A stretch of DNA of 64,000 nucleotides from an uncultured Streptococcus sp. (lineage in GTDB: Bacteria; Bacillota; Bacilli; Lactobacillales; Streptococcaceae): positions 292 to 64,291 of the forward strand of contig CALIIB010000107.1 in NCBI GenBank assembly GCA_938020365.1. Direction: 5' to 3'. Positions 38,872 to 48,299 of this stretch are shown here, one piece after another (position 1 is the first letter of the stretch; each line of letters opens with the position of its first letter). Position numbers and translations under genes: made by a program. The notes under the pieces were generated by a model. That model was not told the origin of the DNA, made no database searches, and worked only from the letters and a program-made list of their open reading frames with translations.

Positions 38872-38912
38872 ATAACCTTTCATTTTAGGATTTAAACTTA
38901 CATTTTTGTCAT
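38872..38912 (-). promoter_or_regulatory. Bce-type operator/promoter module upstream of the 43-aa ORF
   Basis: Minus strand reads ATGACAAAAATGTAAGTTT-N8-AAAATGAAAGGTTAT, closely matching the module upstream of BceAB copy 1. Confidence 0.55.
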
Positions 38913-38987
38913 CTTAAACAGAAAGTTTGACGATTGATAGTTCAGTTGCTCTATTTTCTACAATTCCCCAGAAAAAAACAGCAAAAG

Positions 38988-39171
38988 AGGCTGGGACAAA
39001 AGTCCTAGCCTCTCAATTGTCTTTGGATTGTCGAGCAAGACGCAGTGGTTGAGTGGGCTCTACTACGCTGATTTCATCAGCTTTTACAGCCCTACTCAAC
39101 TGTGCGGAGGTGGGACGACGAAATCGAATTCTAACGAATTCCCGATTTCTGTCCCACTCTCTTCATTCGAC
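38988..39171. repeat. MITE-like intergenic repeat, copy 3 of 3
   Basis: Near-identical to 719-893, in the same orientation. Confidence 0.85.
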
Positions 39172-39205
39172 AGCTTTAGTTGTCAAGATTAATCTTCTAC
39201 GAGAC

Positions 39206-42200
39206 TTAATCTTCTTTTTTCTTTAGTTTTGCTACAAGACTAGCTACTAAGCTTAACAATCCCATTCCTGCCAGTGCTGCTAGCTGTGCAGAACGGTTTC
39301 CTGTGTTTGGCAAACGACCACTGTCTGTTTGACTTACTTTTCTAGCTTCCAAGTTTGTTTCTTTAGCCTTTGGCTCTTCCTCAGCTTTTGCTGGTGCTTG
39401 AGCAGGTCTTTCTGCAGCTGGCTGAGTCGGACTTTGACCTTTCTCAACTTCTACAATCCGAGTTTCGCCCTTACCAGTCTCTTCCGGTTTTTGAAGAGTC
39501 ACATGATGATGTTCAGGTGATGGCTGAGAATCTTCTTTCTTCGTTCCGACCAGTACGATTCGATCTGTCGGAGCTTGGAGAACTTCTCGTAGCTTTTCTT
39601 CTCGCTTACCATCTGGATAAACTTCTGTGAGAACTCGTTCCTGACCATTTTGGCCTTCTTGAACTACACGACTTTCTCCTCGTTTGAGCGTCGGATCCTC
39701 TTTTTCAACTGTTTGGAAGTTGAGCTCTTGTTCGAGAACCTCTAGACTTGGAAGTTCCTCTTGAACAGCAGCTGCAGTTTTCCCAGTCACTGGTTTTTCC
39801 TTGGTCAATTGGATGCGGTATTCCTTAACCTGCTTACCATTTTCTGAAACAAGGCGCACCAAGACTGGCAAATGATCATCTCCACTATCCACAACCGTTG
39901 AAGCTACTTGGTCGCTCTCTGCTACTGTAATCTTCGGACGTTGACCAGTATAGGTCACTTGGTAATTCTGACGCTCTTGAGAGAAGTCTAGCAGTTCTTT
40001 TCCATCTACCAAAATCTTAGAATTTGTACTTTCCTTAGCCAATTCGCTTGGTGCCAAGAAGGTCATTTCCGTCAGAGCAACTCCATTCTTGTCATTTTTT
40101 CTTTCCATTCGCCATCTCATCGCTTTCGACTTGACAGCCTTAAAGCTTGCTGTAAGTTCCGTGCCTGCCTGGATTTCCTGGTTGATGTTATATGGAACAG
40201 CCTCCCAGTTGTCAGGGTTGTTAAACGGATGATTCGGCTCGTAGGCTTGGTAGTTTGAGTAATAGACAGGAGCATCAAAATCCGGTCCAACATAGCGCTC
40301 TAAAACAAGCTTAGATGGTGCATCTGTTCCGCTATCGGCAAAGAAGCGCAGTTTGGCTTGAACGACCGTCCGCTCGACAATCTTGCCTTGGTTCTTGAAG
40401 ATGACACCTACTGAGACTTCTGGATTCGCTGACGGAGTGGCAGACCAGTTGGTCCAACGACGACTGTCATCATGATCCCCATCATTGATATAGTCCACAC
40501 GGTCATGAGAACCTGGGTCAATATCATTGGTTGCTGAAGCAAAGGCTTGATTGCCATTTTCATCATAATATGGATTGTCTGACACAGACGCGCCTTGCTT
40601 ACCGGTCACTCGGACAGAGAGTTCGACAGGTAGGCCACTACCTAGCAGGCGACCTCGAACAGTAAATTCGCCAGCTTTTGCCAGATTTTCAGCTGGAACT
40701 GGCTCCCATTCAACAGTCAGGTCTTTGACTTCATAGTCTGATTTACCAGTGAAGTAAACAGGAACTTTGTTTGGCAAGTCTAGGCTTTGACCTAGGTGAA
40801 GCAAGCGAGACTGTTTCACCGCTGCTAATGGCTTGCGAGCCAGCAAGTCTTTATCATTTGTAAAGTGGAGGCGGTATTCCCCGAGGATATCCCCATTTTC
40901 TGCTTTCACGACAACACGGACAGGATCTCCCTCATGGACACCTGGCACGACTGTTGCCAGACCATTATTGCTGACACTAGCAGTTACTGCTGGTACTTGC
41001 CCGTCGTTAGCTGGGAGATAATAGTCAGTCAAGCTTGGGTTAAAGTTTGGCAAGTCTTGACCAGCCACTTGGATATGAGTTTCTGCCTCTTTCGCTGCCG
41101 CCACTTGTTTAGAGAAGATTTGGACTTCTGTGATCGAGGTTCCCCACTTGTCATCCGCTCTCATCATACGAATCCGAAGGGCATAAGTATCGACTTTATC
41201 AAAGTTAAAGTGATTCATTTCCCCAGCTTTGAGCTGATCTGGAGCTTTGAGGTTGGTCACTGGTTTCCAGTTGGCAGCATCGTTGAAGACATGCTCTTCG
41301 CTTTCGACAAAGCTAGGATTTTTAGGCGCGGTCGGCACGGCCTTGCCAGCATAATACTCGATCACGTAGGATTTCGGAGCACCAACTCCGTGATCTTCGT
41401 GGAAGGCTACGTTCAGATTGTCTACTGCCCGCTTAGTCATAATACCAGAATCTCCAAAGAGAACGCCCACTGAAGCCTCATCTTGACGGTTCCAGTTTGT
41501 CCAACGATTGGCTGGTTGGTCATTGTAAGAAATCACCTTATCATTGACATAAGATACTAGGTCACTTGGATTGGAGTCCGAAGCAAAGGCCAGTGGCAAT
41601 TCTGAGCCTGTCCATTGGTCCGAAATATTGGCTCCATTTTCAGTCTTAGCAGAGACACGGACATGGAGTTTGGTTGGCAACTGACTGCCTTCTACCTGAC
41701 CAGTGACCGTGAAGACGCCTTCTTTTTGATATTGACTTGGCGAAATAGCGTCCCAAGTAACTTTTGCTGAGGAAACTTGGCCATTTGAATGGTAGGTCCG
41801 GACACTCTCTGGCAGGTGTGGTGCTTCCGCAAGTGGAGTTGTCACGCTGACTTCCTCTACTGCGACAATGCCTTCCACAGACACCTTGGCACGCGCTTCC
41901 TGCTCAATACCTTCAACTTTTCCGACCACTTCAAAAGTGTGGTAGCGATTAAGTTTTTCTTTTTCGACAGCCTGCCAAGTAACCTTATGAACTTTAGGGA
42001 AACCTTTGTCGTACTCAACCGTCACGGTTGTTGGCAGTTTTGGTTCTTGATGCAAGTCTGTTACCACATGGACTGGGCGGACTGCTTGAACCACTTTCTT
42101 CTCCGTATTGGCTTGAATCGCTAGTTCCACTTGCCCTTCAGCACCGTCATACTCTGCTTTCAGAGTCACATTTCCTGGCTTGTGCAGTTCTAAAGTTCCT

Positions 42201-45200
42201 TTACGAACGGCAACTTCTCCTTCACCTTTCGTAGAGAAGGCCACCTTATCAGCCTGTAAAACTGCCTGAGTGCCATCTTGATAGTGAGCCAAAACAGTTA
42301 ATTGGACAGTCTGGTCTTCTTTGAGACCGTCAGCTTGCTCAACTTGGAGACTCAAATGGTCAATTTTCGGTGCTTCTTCTAGGAATTGCACTGCATAAGT
42401 TTGCAGGGCTCCACCATCTTTTGGCTGGACATAAATATTTGCGCGCATACCGTTTGAAGCACTAGCTTGAACCACTGTCACATCCGCATTTTCAGCTGTA
42501 GCCGCCACTGAAGGGAGTTGCGCTCCATAGGCAAGGCTTTGATAATGGACTGGTTTTTGACTAGTCAGGTCCGATACTGCCTCACCACCCACAGTCACTA
42601 GTGGCGTCACAGGTCCAGCTGCTTGCCCTTCTTCAACGAGCAAGGTAGCAGAAATGGTATCGCCTGCTAGATGACCTGTCATTGGAATACGAGAACCTGC
42701 CACAGACAATTTAGCTTGATCTTCTGGCGCGATTTCCCATCTATCTACATCATAATGTTCGACACTGCCGTCAGTTAGAGCAAGAGGGATCGACTTGTCT
42801 ACACTGTTCAAGTCCGTTCCAGGAGCTACTCGTTTGATGACTGGCAATTCTCTTTCAACAGCTAAAACTTCCACTCGTGCTTCTACTTGGCGGCCGTCTG
42901 CCTCTCCTTTGACGGTTACAATACCTGAATGGCTAACGTCTGCTTGTGACCAAGTCACAGGGCGTTCCGCACGACTACCGTCACTGTAAACAAAAGGAAC
43001 TGTCGCGGGCAAGCTTGGAGCTTGTCCCAAAACTGTACGAACGTTTGGCACTTCTGTACCTAAAACGGTCTTTTCTTTCTGCTCATCTTTGCCAGTAAAG
43101 ACCGTTACTTGGTCTGATTTTAATAAACCAGAATGGGCAGTCAGCGTGAATTTACCGGCTTGGTCTGTTGATTTGACAATGGAAACTCCCTTACCGTTAA
43201 AGGCTTTGCGAATCCAAGAACCGTCTGCTTGTTCCTTGTAACGTTCACGACTGGCTTGCTCACCATTGTCTACACCGACAAGCTGGCCTTGTCCATGCAA
43301 CTGGAAGCGAACCAGGTTATTGGCCGTTGGCACGACATTGCCGTTACGATCGACGATTTCATAGTAGATATAGGTCAAGTCTTTTCCATCTGCTGCGATA
43401 GCGTGCTCTTCCTTGACCAAGCGCACTCCTGCTGGCTGACCTGCTGTGACAATCTTGTCGCGGGCGATTTCTTTACCTTGCTCGTCACGAGCTACAGCTT
43501 CCAAAGTGCCTGGCTGATAAGCCACTTTCCACTCAAGGTAGAGTTCTTGAGGATTTGCTCCTTCTTGGTAGCTGCGGCCATCGCTGGTTTCTTTTTTATT
43601 AAATTTCTTAACTCCCAAAGATTGGTTGTTCAAGTACAATTCGACGCTAGCAGCGTTGGAGTATGCACGGACTGGTATTTTATTTTCAGCATCTGCAACA
43701 TTGTCTGCCAAGTCTTGATCTTCCCAGTTCCAGTGAGGAAGCAGGTGAACCATCGGTTTCTTCTTAGCTGAAACCCACTGACTTTGGTAAAGATAATAGT
43801 CATTTTTCGGAATACCCGCCGTGTCCACTATTCCGAAATAAGAGCTCTTTACAGGTGTGCTGTTTTGGTTGTGCCAAGGAGTTGGCTCGCCGATATAGTC
43901 TGTACCTGTCCAAATAAATTGTCCTGCGTAGCCCGCATTGTCTCGGTCAAAGGTCCAAGAAGCAGTTGCCGTTTTACCCCAGCCAACACGGTCATTTCCA
44001 TAGTCAGACTGCTCATAGTTGCGCCAAGATTGATTGCTTCCAACCCATTCTTGCTCTGGATGGAAATAGCTGCCACGCGTACGAGTAGCTGAAGATGTTT
44101 CAGAACCATAAATCAGCCAGTTTGGATGTTTGGCACGTAAGGCTTTGTAATTATCTTCTGAGTAGTTAAAGCCAACTGCATCCAATTCATCTGCGATCTT
44201 TTCATGACCACCGCTACCATCACCAAAGCGGAATTTGTCAGCTCCCATCGTGACATAGCGGGTCTTATCAACTGACTTGATGACCTTGACTAAGCGTTTA
44301 ACAGTCGCTAACGAATGAGCATCGCCATTAGCCTCACCGATTTCATTTCCGATTGACCACATAACGATAGCAGGATTATTTTTGCCTCTTTCAACCATGG
44401 TCCGCAGGTCATAATCAGACCATTTTTCACCCTTTTTAGCTTCTGGGTGAGTCGCATCTTTTTCAAAGAAACGACCGTAATCATAAGGCTTCTTGCCTCC
44501 ATACCAAGTGTCAAAAGCCTCTTCTTGGACCATCAGACCAAGCTCCGCCGCAATCTGCAAAGTCTGCTCACTGGCAGGATTGTGGGTCGTACGAATGGAG
44601 TTGACGCCCATTTCCTTCATTTGCTTGAGGCGACGGTACTCTGCCTTATAGTTTTCCTCTGCTCCTAGAGCCCCATGGTCATGGTGCAAGGATACTCCGT
44701 GGAACTTGACCTTCTGGCCATTAAGAGAGAAGCCTTCGTTTGGAGTCCAGTTGTAATAACGATAGCCAAACAAGTCTTTCTTAGCATCAACTAGCTGACC
44801 ATCACGATAGACCCGTGTTACCAACTCATACAAGGCAGGCTTGTCATTAAACACAGTCCACAGTTCCGGCTTTTCTACTTCTAAACTTGCTTGAATGGTA
44901 CTGCTCTCGTGGGCTTTTATTTTTTGGCTAGCAGTGCGGATGAGGTCTGTGACTGCCTCACCACCACGTCTGATAATCTGATATTCTGCTGTGATTTCGT
45001 GGTCTTTATCGTCTGTGTTGACAATCTTACTGGTCACATGAGTTGCAACCTTACCGTCTTGTTGTTTCTCAAGCTCTGGCGTTAAGATAGTCGTACCATT
45101 TTTCTCAACATGAACCTTATCTGTCACTCGTAAACTCACATCACGGTAGATCCCGCTTCCTGAATACCAACGGCTGCTTGGTTGCTTGTTGACAACGTGC

Positions 45201-46006
45201 ACAGCGATGACATTTTCCCGACCATCCTTGTGGAGGTATTTAGTAATATCGTATGAAAATTGATTGTAGCCATTAGGATAATGCCCGACCAGCTGGCCAT
45301 TGACAAAGACTTGCGAATCCATATAGACACCATCAAATGTGAGACGAACATTTTTATCAAGGTCTTTTTCGTCTAATTTCAGAGGCTTACGATACCAAGC
45401 ATCTCCACCATTGAGCTGGCCACCTTCATTCTGTGCAGGCGACTCATGGTCAAAATCAAAGTGGATACTCCAGTCATGAGGCAGATCCAATTTTTTCCAT
45501 GATGTGACATCCGTCTCAGCTTGGACAGCTTCCTTAGCATTAGCATTTAATTTAAAGTGCCAATTCTGATTAAAATTCACTTTTCTGTCTTCGATCATTT
45601 GGCTCACTTCTTCCTTGGTCGCAGATTTTATCTCAGGCTGCGCAGCTTTTTCTTGAGTAGCTTCTTGTGCATTCTCTTTTACTCCATTTTGAGATGTTGT
45701 TGAAACTTCCTCCACCGCTTTAGAAAGCTGAGGACTTTCTTCTTTTTTCTCCTCCTGAGAATGCACAACAGGCTCAGCTGCCTGATGTGTCACTGCTTCA
45801 GCAGTCACTTCTTCCTCAACGGGCTTTTCCTCCGTGGGCTTTTCTGCAGCAATCAACGCAGTTGTCTCCTCGGCATAAACTGGACTTGCTCCCGCCACAC
45901 TTGCTCCAAATAAGAGGAAGCACGTCCCAATCACTATCGAGCAAACGCCAATAGAAAACTTCCTTATGCTATAAATTCTCTTTCGATTCCAATGATCCTT
46001 TCCCAT
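39206..46006 (-). CDS. bgaA: Cell-wall-anchored GH2 beta-galactosidase (BgaA-like), 2266 aa
   Basis: YSIRK-type signal peptide (RIYSIRKFSIGV). GH2 catalytic region (NSIRTTHNP, WSIGNEI, YGSETSS). Multiple Ig-like/carbohydrate-binding repeats. C-terminal LPNTG followed by a hydrophobic helix and KKKED. Confidence 0.9.
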   Translation of the reverse strand: MGKDHWNRKRIYSIRKFSIGVCSIVIGTCFLLFGASVAGASPVYAEETTALIAAEKPTEEKPVEEEVTAEAVTHQAAEPVVHSQEEKKEESPQLSKAVEEVSTTSQNGVKENAQEATQEKAAQPEIKSATKEEVSQMIEDRKVNFNQNWHFKLNANAKEAVQAETDVTSWKKLDLPHDWSIHFDFDHESPAQNEGGQLNGGDAWYRKPLKLDEKDLDKNVRLTFDGVYMDSQVFVNGQLVGHYPNGYNQFSYDITKYLHKDGRENVIAVHVVNKQPSSRWYSGSGIYRDVSLRVTDKVHVEKNGTTILTPELEKQQDGKVATHVTSKIVNTDDKDHEITAEYQIIRRGGEAVTDLIRTASQKIKAHESSTIQASLEVEKPELWTVFNDKPALYELVTRVYRDGQLVDAKKDLFGYRYYNWTPNEGFSLNGQKVKFHGVSLHHDHGALGAEENYKAEYRRLKQMKEMGVNSIRTTHNPASEQTLQIAAELGLMVQEEAFDTWYGGKKPYDYGRFFEKDATHPEAKKGEKWSDYDLRTMVERGKNNPAIVMWSIGNEIGEANGDAHSLATVKRLVKVIKSVDKTRYVTMGADKFRFGDGSGGHEKIADELDAVGFNYSEDNYKALRAKHPNWLIYGSETSSATRTRGSYFHPEQEWVGSNQSWRNYEQSDYGNDRVGWGKTATASWTFDRDNAGYAGQFIWTGTDYIGEPTPWHNQNSTPVKSSYFGIVDTAGIPKNDYYLYQSQWVSAKKKPMVHLLPHWNWEDQDLADNVADAENKIPVRAYSNAASVELYLNNQSLGVKKFNKKETSDGRSYQEGANPQELYLEWKVAYQPGTLEAVARDEQGKEIARDKIVTAGQPAGVRLVKEEHAIAADGKDLTYIYYEIVDRNGNVVPTANNLVRFQLHGQGQLVGVDNGEQASRERYKEQADGSWIRKAFNGKGVSIVKSTDQAGKFTLTAHSGLLKSDQVTVFTGKDEQKEKTVLGTEVPNVRTVLGQAPSLPATVPFVYSDGSRAERPVTWSQADVSHSGIVTVKGEADGRQVEARVEVLAVERELPVIKRVAPGTDLNSVDKSIPLALTDGSVEHYDVDRWEIAPEDQAKLSVAGSRIPMTGHLAGDTISATLLVEEGQAAGPVTPLVTVGGEAVSDLTSQKPVHYQSLAYGAQLPSVAATAENADVTVVQASASNGMRANIYVQPKDGGALQTYAVQFLEEAPKIDHLSLQVEQADGLKEDQTVQLTVLAHYQDGTQAVLQADKVAFSTKGEGEVAVRKGTLELHKPGNVTLKAEYDGAEGQVELAIQANTEKKVVQAVRPVHVVTDLHQEPKLPTTVTVEYDKGFPKVHKVTWQAVEKEKLNRYHTFEVVGKVEGIEQEARAKVSVEGIVAVEEVSVTTPLAEAPHLPESVRTYHSNGQVSSAKVTWDAISPSQYQKEGVFTVTGQVEGSQLPTKLHVRVSAKTENGANISDQWTGSELPLAFASDSNPSDLVSYVNDKVISYNDQPANRWTNWNRQDEASVGVLFGDSGIMTKRAVDNLNVAFHEDHGVGAPKSYVIEYYAGKAVPTAPKNPSFVESEEHVFNDAANWKPVTNLKAPDQLKAGEMNHFNFDKVDTYALRIRMMRADDKWGTSITEVQIFSKQVAAAKEAETHIQVAGQDLPNFNPSLTDYYLPANDGQVPAVTASVSNNGLATVVPGVHEGDPVRVVVKAENGDILGEYRLHFTNDKDLLARKPLAAVKQSRLLHLGQSLDLPNKVPVYFTGKSDYEVKDLTVEWEPVPAENLAKAGEFTVRGRLLGSGLPVELSVRVTGKQGASVSDNPYYDENGNQAFASATNDIDPGSHDRVDYINDGDHDDSRRWTNWSATPSANPEVSVGVIFKNQGKIVERTVVQAKLRFFADSGTDAPSKLVLERYVGPDFDAPVYYSNYQAYEPNHPFNNPDNWEAVPYNINQEIQAGTELTASFKAVKSKAMRWRMERKNDKNGVALTEMTFLAPSELAKESTNSKILVDGKELLDFSQERQNYQVTYTGQRPKITVAESDQVASTVVDSGDDHLPVLVRLVSENGKQVKEYRIQLTKEKPVTGKTAAAVQEELPSLEVLEQELNFQTVEKEDPTLKRGESRVVQEGQNGQERVLTEVYPDGKREEKLREVLQAPTDRIVLVGTKKEDSQPSPEHHHVTLQKPEETGKGETRIVEVEKGQSPTQPAAERPAQAPAKAEEEPKAKETNLEARKVSQTDSGRLPNTGNRSAQLAALAGMGLLSLVASLVAKLKKKED

Positions 46007-46029
46007 AGGATCCTCCTCCTTTTTCTTTT

Positions 46030-46080
46030 AGTAACCGCTTCCATTCTTAAGAAAACGTTTTACTTTTTATAATCGTTTCC
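46030..46080 (-). promoter_or_regulatory. Cluster of cre-like (CcpA) sites in the bgaA 5' region
   Basis: AGTAACCGCTTCCA (46030-46043), AAGAAAACGTTTTACT (46049-46064) and TATAATCGTTTCC (46068-46080) approximate WTGNAANCGNWNNCW. Confidence 0.4.
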
Positions 46081-46190
46081 CTCCTATTTTATAAAACAAG
46101 ATAGCTTATCTCAATAAACTAAGAAGCTTTTTTATATTTTTGAGCGTTTTTCCTAAAATTAGGAGAAAACAAACTTTATCGAACATTCCT

Positions 46191-46221
46191 ATAAAAAGGA
46201 TGAGTGATTATCACCCATCCT
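46191..46221 (-). terminator. Rho-independent terminator after the NrdI-like gene
   Basis: Minus-strand hairpin AGGATGGGTGAT-aat-ATCACTCATCCT followed by TTTTTAT. Confidence 0.7.
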
Positions 46222-46255
46222 TTCCTTATAGATTTATCATATAAATAATCTGTTC

Positions 46256-46603
46256 TTAGAGTTTAGCCAAGTATTCCTGCACAAGTTTGATGTCGTCTTC
46301 CTTGCCACCTCGGTCAATATCGCAGATGTGCGGCAGCCCATATTTTTCGATAATCAAAGGTGTCGCCCCGCAGAAGGTCCGTCCATGCTTCACCGAATCT
46401 CCATTATTGACAAAACCCTTAATCAAGCTTGAATGTTTCTTAATAAAGCGCTTAGTGGACCAGGGAATTTTCCCAGCCCCAGCATTTCGCGTAATGAGAA
46501 TGCAAGGCTCTTCCAACTTTTCCTTGATAGTTTGTGTCGGATGACCCAGTGATTCTGCAAATTGCTTCCCAACACCCGTTACTGAATCATAAACTATAAT
46601 CAT
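46256..46603 (-). CDS. NrdI-like flavodoxin-family protein
   Basis: 115 aa. The N-terminus MIIVYDSVTGVGKQFAESL resembles the NrdI/flavodoxin FMN loop. The assignment is by resemblance. Confidence 0.55.
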   Translation of the reverse strand: MIIVYDSVTGVGKQFAESLGHPTQTIKEKLEEPCILITRNAGAGKIPWSTKRFIKKHSSLIKGFVNNGDSVKHGRTFCGATPLIIEKYGLPHICDIDRGGKEDDIKLVQEYLAKL

Positions 46604-46612
46604 TTCCTCTAC

Positions 46613-46960
46613 CTACTTTCTCAATAAAAGCACTGCCAGAAAAGCAGCAAATCCTATAACCGCCACATCCGATAGCAGTTGTAAGAGAAATGCTAAATCA
46701 GGCATACTGTGAATATAGAGCAAGATACTGATCGTCGTCAAGGCCAAGACCACCAGCTTGACAGCTACTGCTACACCTGGCATCACAAGCAATCCAATCA
46801 AGGTACAAATAAGGCCACCAATCAGAAATGACTGAAAGCCCAAGCTTAGGCCAAAGCCAAATTCCACCCCGCCATAACCAAGGGTCAAAAAACCAATCGC
46901 AACTAGGCAAACTCCCAAAATAGTCCTTCCACTCAACAGCATTCCACCTTGTTTCATCAT
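46613..46960 (-). CDS. Small integral membrane protein (3-4 TM)
   Basis: 115 aa and highly hydrophobic. Lies 9 nt upstream of the NrdI-like gene. Confidence 0.6.
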   Translation of the reverse strand: MMKQGGMLLSGRTILGVCLVAIGFLTLGYGGVEFGFGLSLGFQSFLIGGLICTLIGLLVMPGVAVAVKLVVLALTTISILLYIHSMPDLAFLLQLLSDVAVIGFAAFLAVLLLRK

Positions 46961-46980
46961 TATTTCCTCACTTTCTAACT

Positions 46981-47008
46981 TGAATGAATACTTTCAAAAG
47001 TTCATTCA
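46981..47008. promoter_or_regulatory. Palindromic operator TGAATGAA-N12-TTCATTCA (site 1)
   Basis: 28-bp palindrome. The same design occurs at 47084-47111 and 47720-47747. Lies just upstream of the membrane protein gene. Confidence 0.6.
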
Positions 47009-47083
47009 TATCTTCTTAAAAAAATATTTTCCTCTAATTTTCTTTCTCCATCGCTCTATATCACACAAATCCACCTCCTTGCT

Positions 47084-47111
47084 TGAATGAATTCTTTTAT
47101 AAATTCATTCA
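47084..47111. promoter_or_regulatory. Palindromic operator (site 2)
   Basis: TGAATGAATTCTTTTATAAATTCATTCA. Confidence 0.6.
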
Positions 47112-47137
47112 CATCATCTTCCGATAAAAGGAAATTC

Positions 47138-47704
47138 TTATTTAGCAAAAATTCCCTTTAAAAAATATTTCACCAATGTCTCGATAGTCTCAAAATAACC
47201 TGGAAAATCCTGCTCTGTCACATGCATATCAATGTAGTAGATCAAATCGTAAGCCTTCATGAGTTGAGCGACTTCCTCTTGTGAAAAGCCCTTCTCCTGC
47301 AAACGCTGGCTGAAAGTCCGAATCAGAAACTGGTGAAAAGCATTGGCCGCGCGGCCAGCATCCTGATTGTAATAGTCGTGCAAGATCTGAGAAATGCCCG
47401 GCTTGCTCCACTCAGCCAAAATTTTATTAGGCGAAATCAATTCAAAAGTGACTGCAAAAAGCTGCTCAACGACTGCCTCTGGCTCACCCTGCCAATCCAC
47501 GCGCTGCATGGTTTCCTCACGTATCCGATTATTTTCAGCTATATAGACCTCTAAAAAAATAGCTTCCTTGGACTCATAATACTTATAAAAGGAGCCAACT
47601 GCCATACGGGCACGCTTGGTAATATCTGAAATATTCGTCTTTTTATAGCCCTTCTCAGCAAAGACCTGCCTAGCCTCAGCCAATAATTCAGCTTTTTTGT
47701 CCAT
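47138..47704 (-). CDS. TetR/AcrR-family transcriptional regulator
   Basis: 188 aa. N-terminal HTH ...ISDITKRARMAVGSFYKYYESKEAIF. Confidence 0.9.
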   Translation of the reverse strand: MDKKAELLAEARQVFAEKGYKKTNISDITKRARMAVGSFYKYYESKEAIFLEVYIAENNRIREETMQRVDWQGEPEAVVEQLFAVTFELISPNKILAEWSKPGISQILHDYYNQDAGRAANAFHQFLIRTFSQRLQEKGFSQEEVAQLMKAYDLIYYIDMHVTEQDFPGYFETIETLVKYFLKGIFAK

Positions 47705-47719
47705 GACCTTCTCCTTTTA

Positions 47720-47747
47720 TGAATGAATTAAATTTTCTATTCATTCA
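47720..47747. promoter_or_regulatory. Palindromic operator (site 3, autoregulatory position)
   Basis: TGAATGAATTAAATTTTCTATTCATTCA, starting 16 nt upstream of the tetR ATG. Confidence 0.6.
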
Positions 47748-47887
47748 AATTATAACACTTTAAAAATCTTTGTCAAGAAAAACGGAAATCGTACTTTAAA
47801 AGGAAGACGGCAGTTTGAGACAATAGCTCCTTTGTTAAATAAAAAACAAACAAGTTCTCAAAAAAACTTGCTTGCGTCTTGGATACA

Positions 47888-48289
47888 TTAGTGTTTTCTA
47901 CGATTTTTCAAGGCCTCGTTGATTTTCTTGGTTTTAATCATCGAATCAATAGTGACAAGAAACCAAACCAAGAGGTAAATCAAAACAAAACTTAGCCAGA
48001 AGAACCAGCCAAAAAGCATATTACCCCAGCCATTGCAGATCACAGCTAGACAAACGATGGTCGCTGTCACTACAAAGTGGCAGAAAAGTAGGAAAGGAAA
48101 TGGAAAGCGATCTGTCGCATCAAAGATATAGCTTGCTACTCCGATTAAGGCGCTGACAAGGAGAACACTGAGAATTGAGCTAGGAGTCAACAAAAATGTT
48201 TTTCCTGAGAACAGGCCTACCAGCAGAAAGACCAAACTACCTGTTCTCAGACCATCCTGCATACCGATCAGAATTTTTTTAAAGGTCAT
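47888..48289 (-). CDS. DUF3021-family membrane protein
   Basis: Start at MTFKKILIGMQDG (ATG at 48289, SD AGGAGG). 4 TM segments. This is the usual partner of small LytTR regulators. Confidence 0.7.
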   Translation of the reverse strand: MTFKKILIGMQDGLRTGSLVFLLVGLFSGKTFLLTPSSILSVLLVSALIGVASYIFDATDRFPFPFLLFCHFVVTATIVCLAVICNGWGNMLFGWFFWLSFVLIYLLVWFLVTIDSMIKTKKINEALKNRRKH

Positions 48290-48299
48290 GATTTTCCTC

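Noticed and set aside
47006-47068. 20-codon TTG-initiated mini-ORF after the strong SD AAGGAGGTG between two TetR operators
   Set aside because: It is too short and has a non-ATG start. I cannot assess its conservation without other genomes. It is mentioned in the TetR finding but is not called as a feature.
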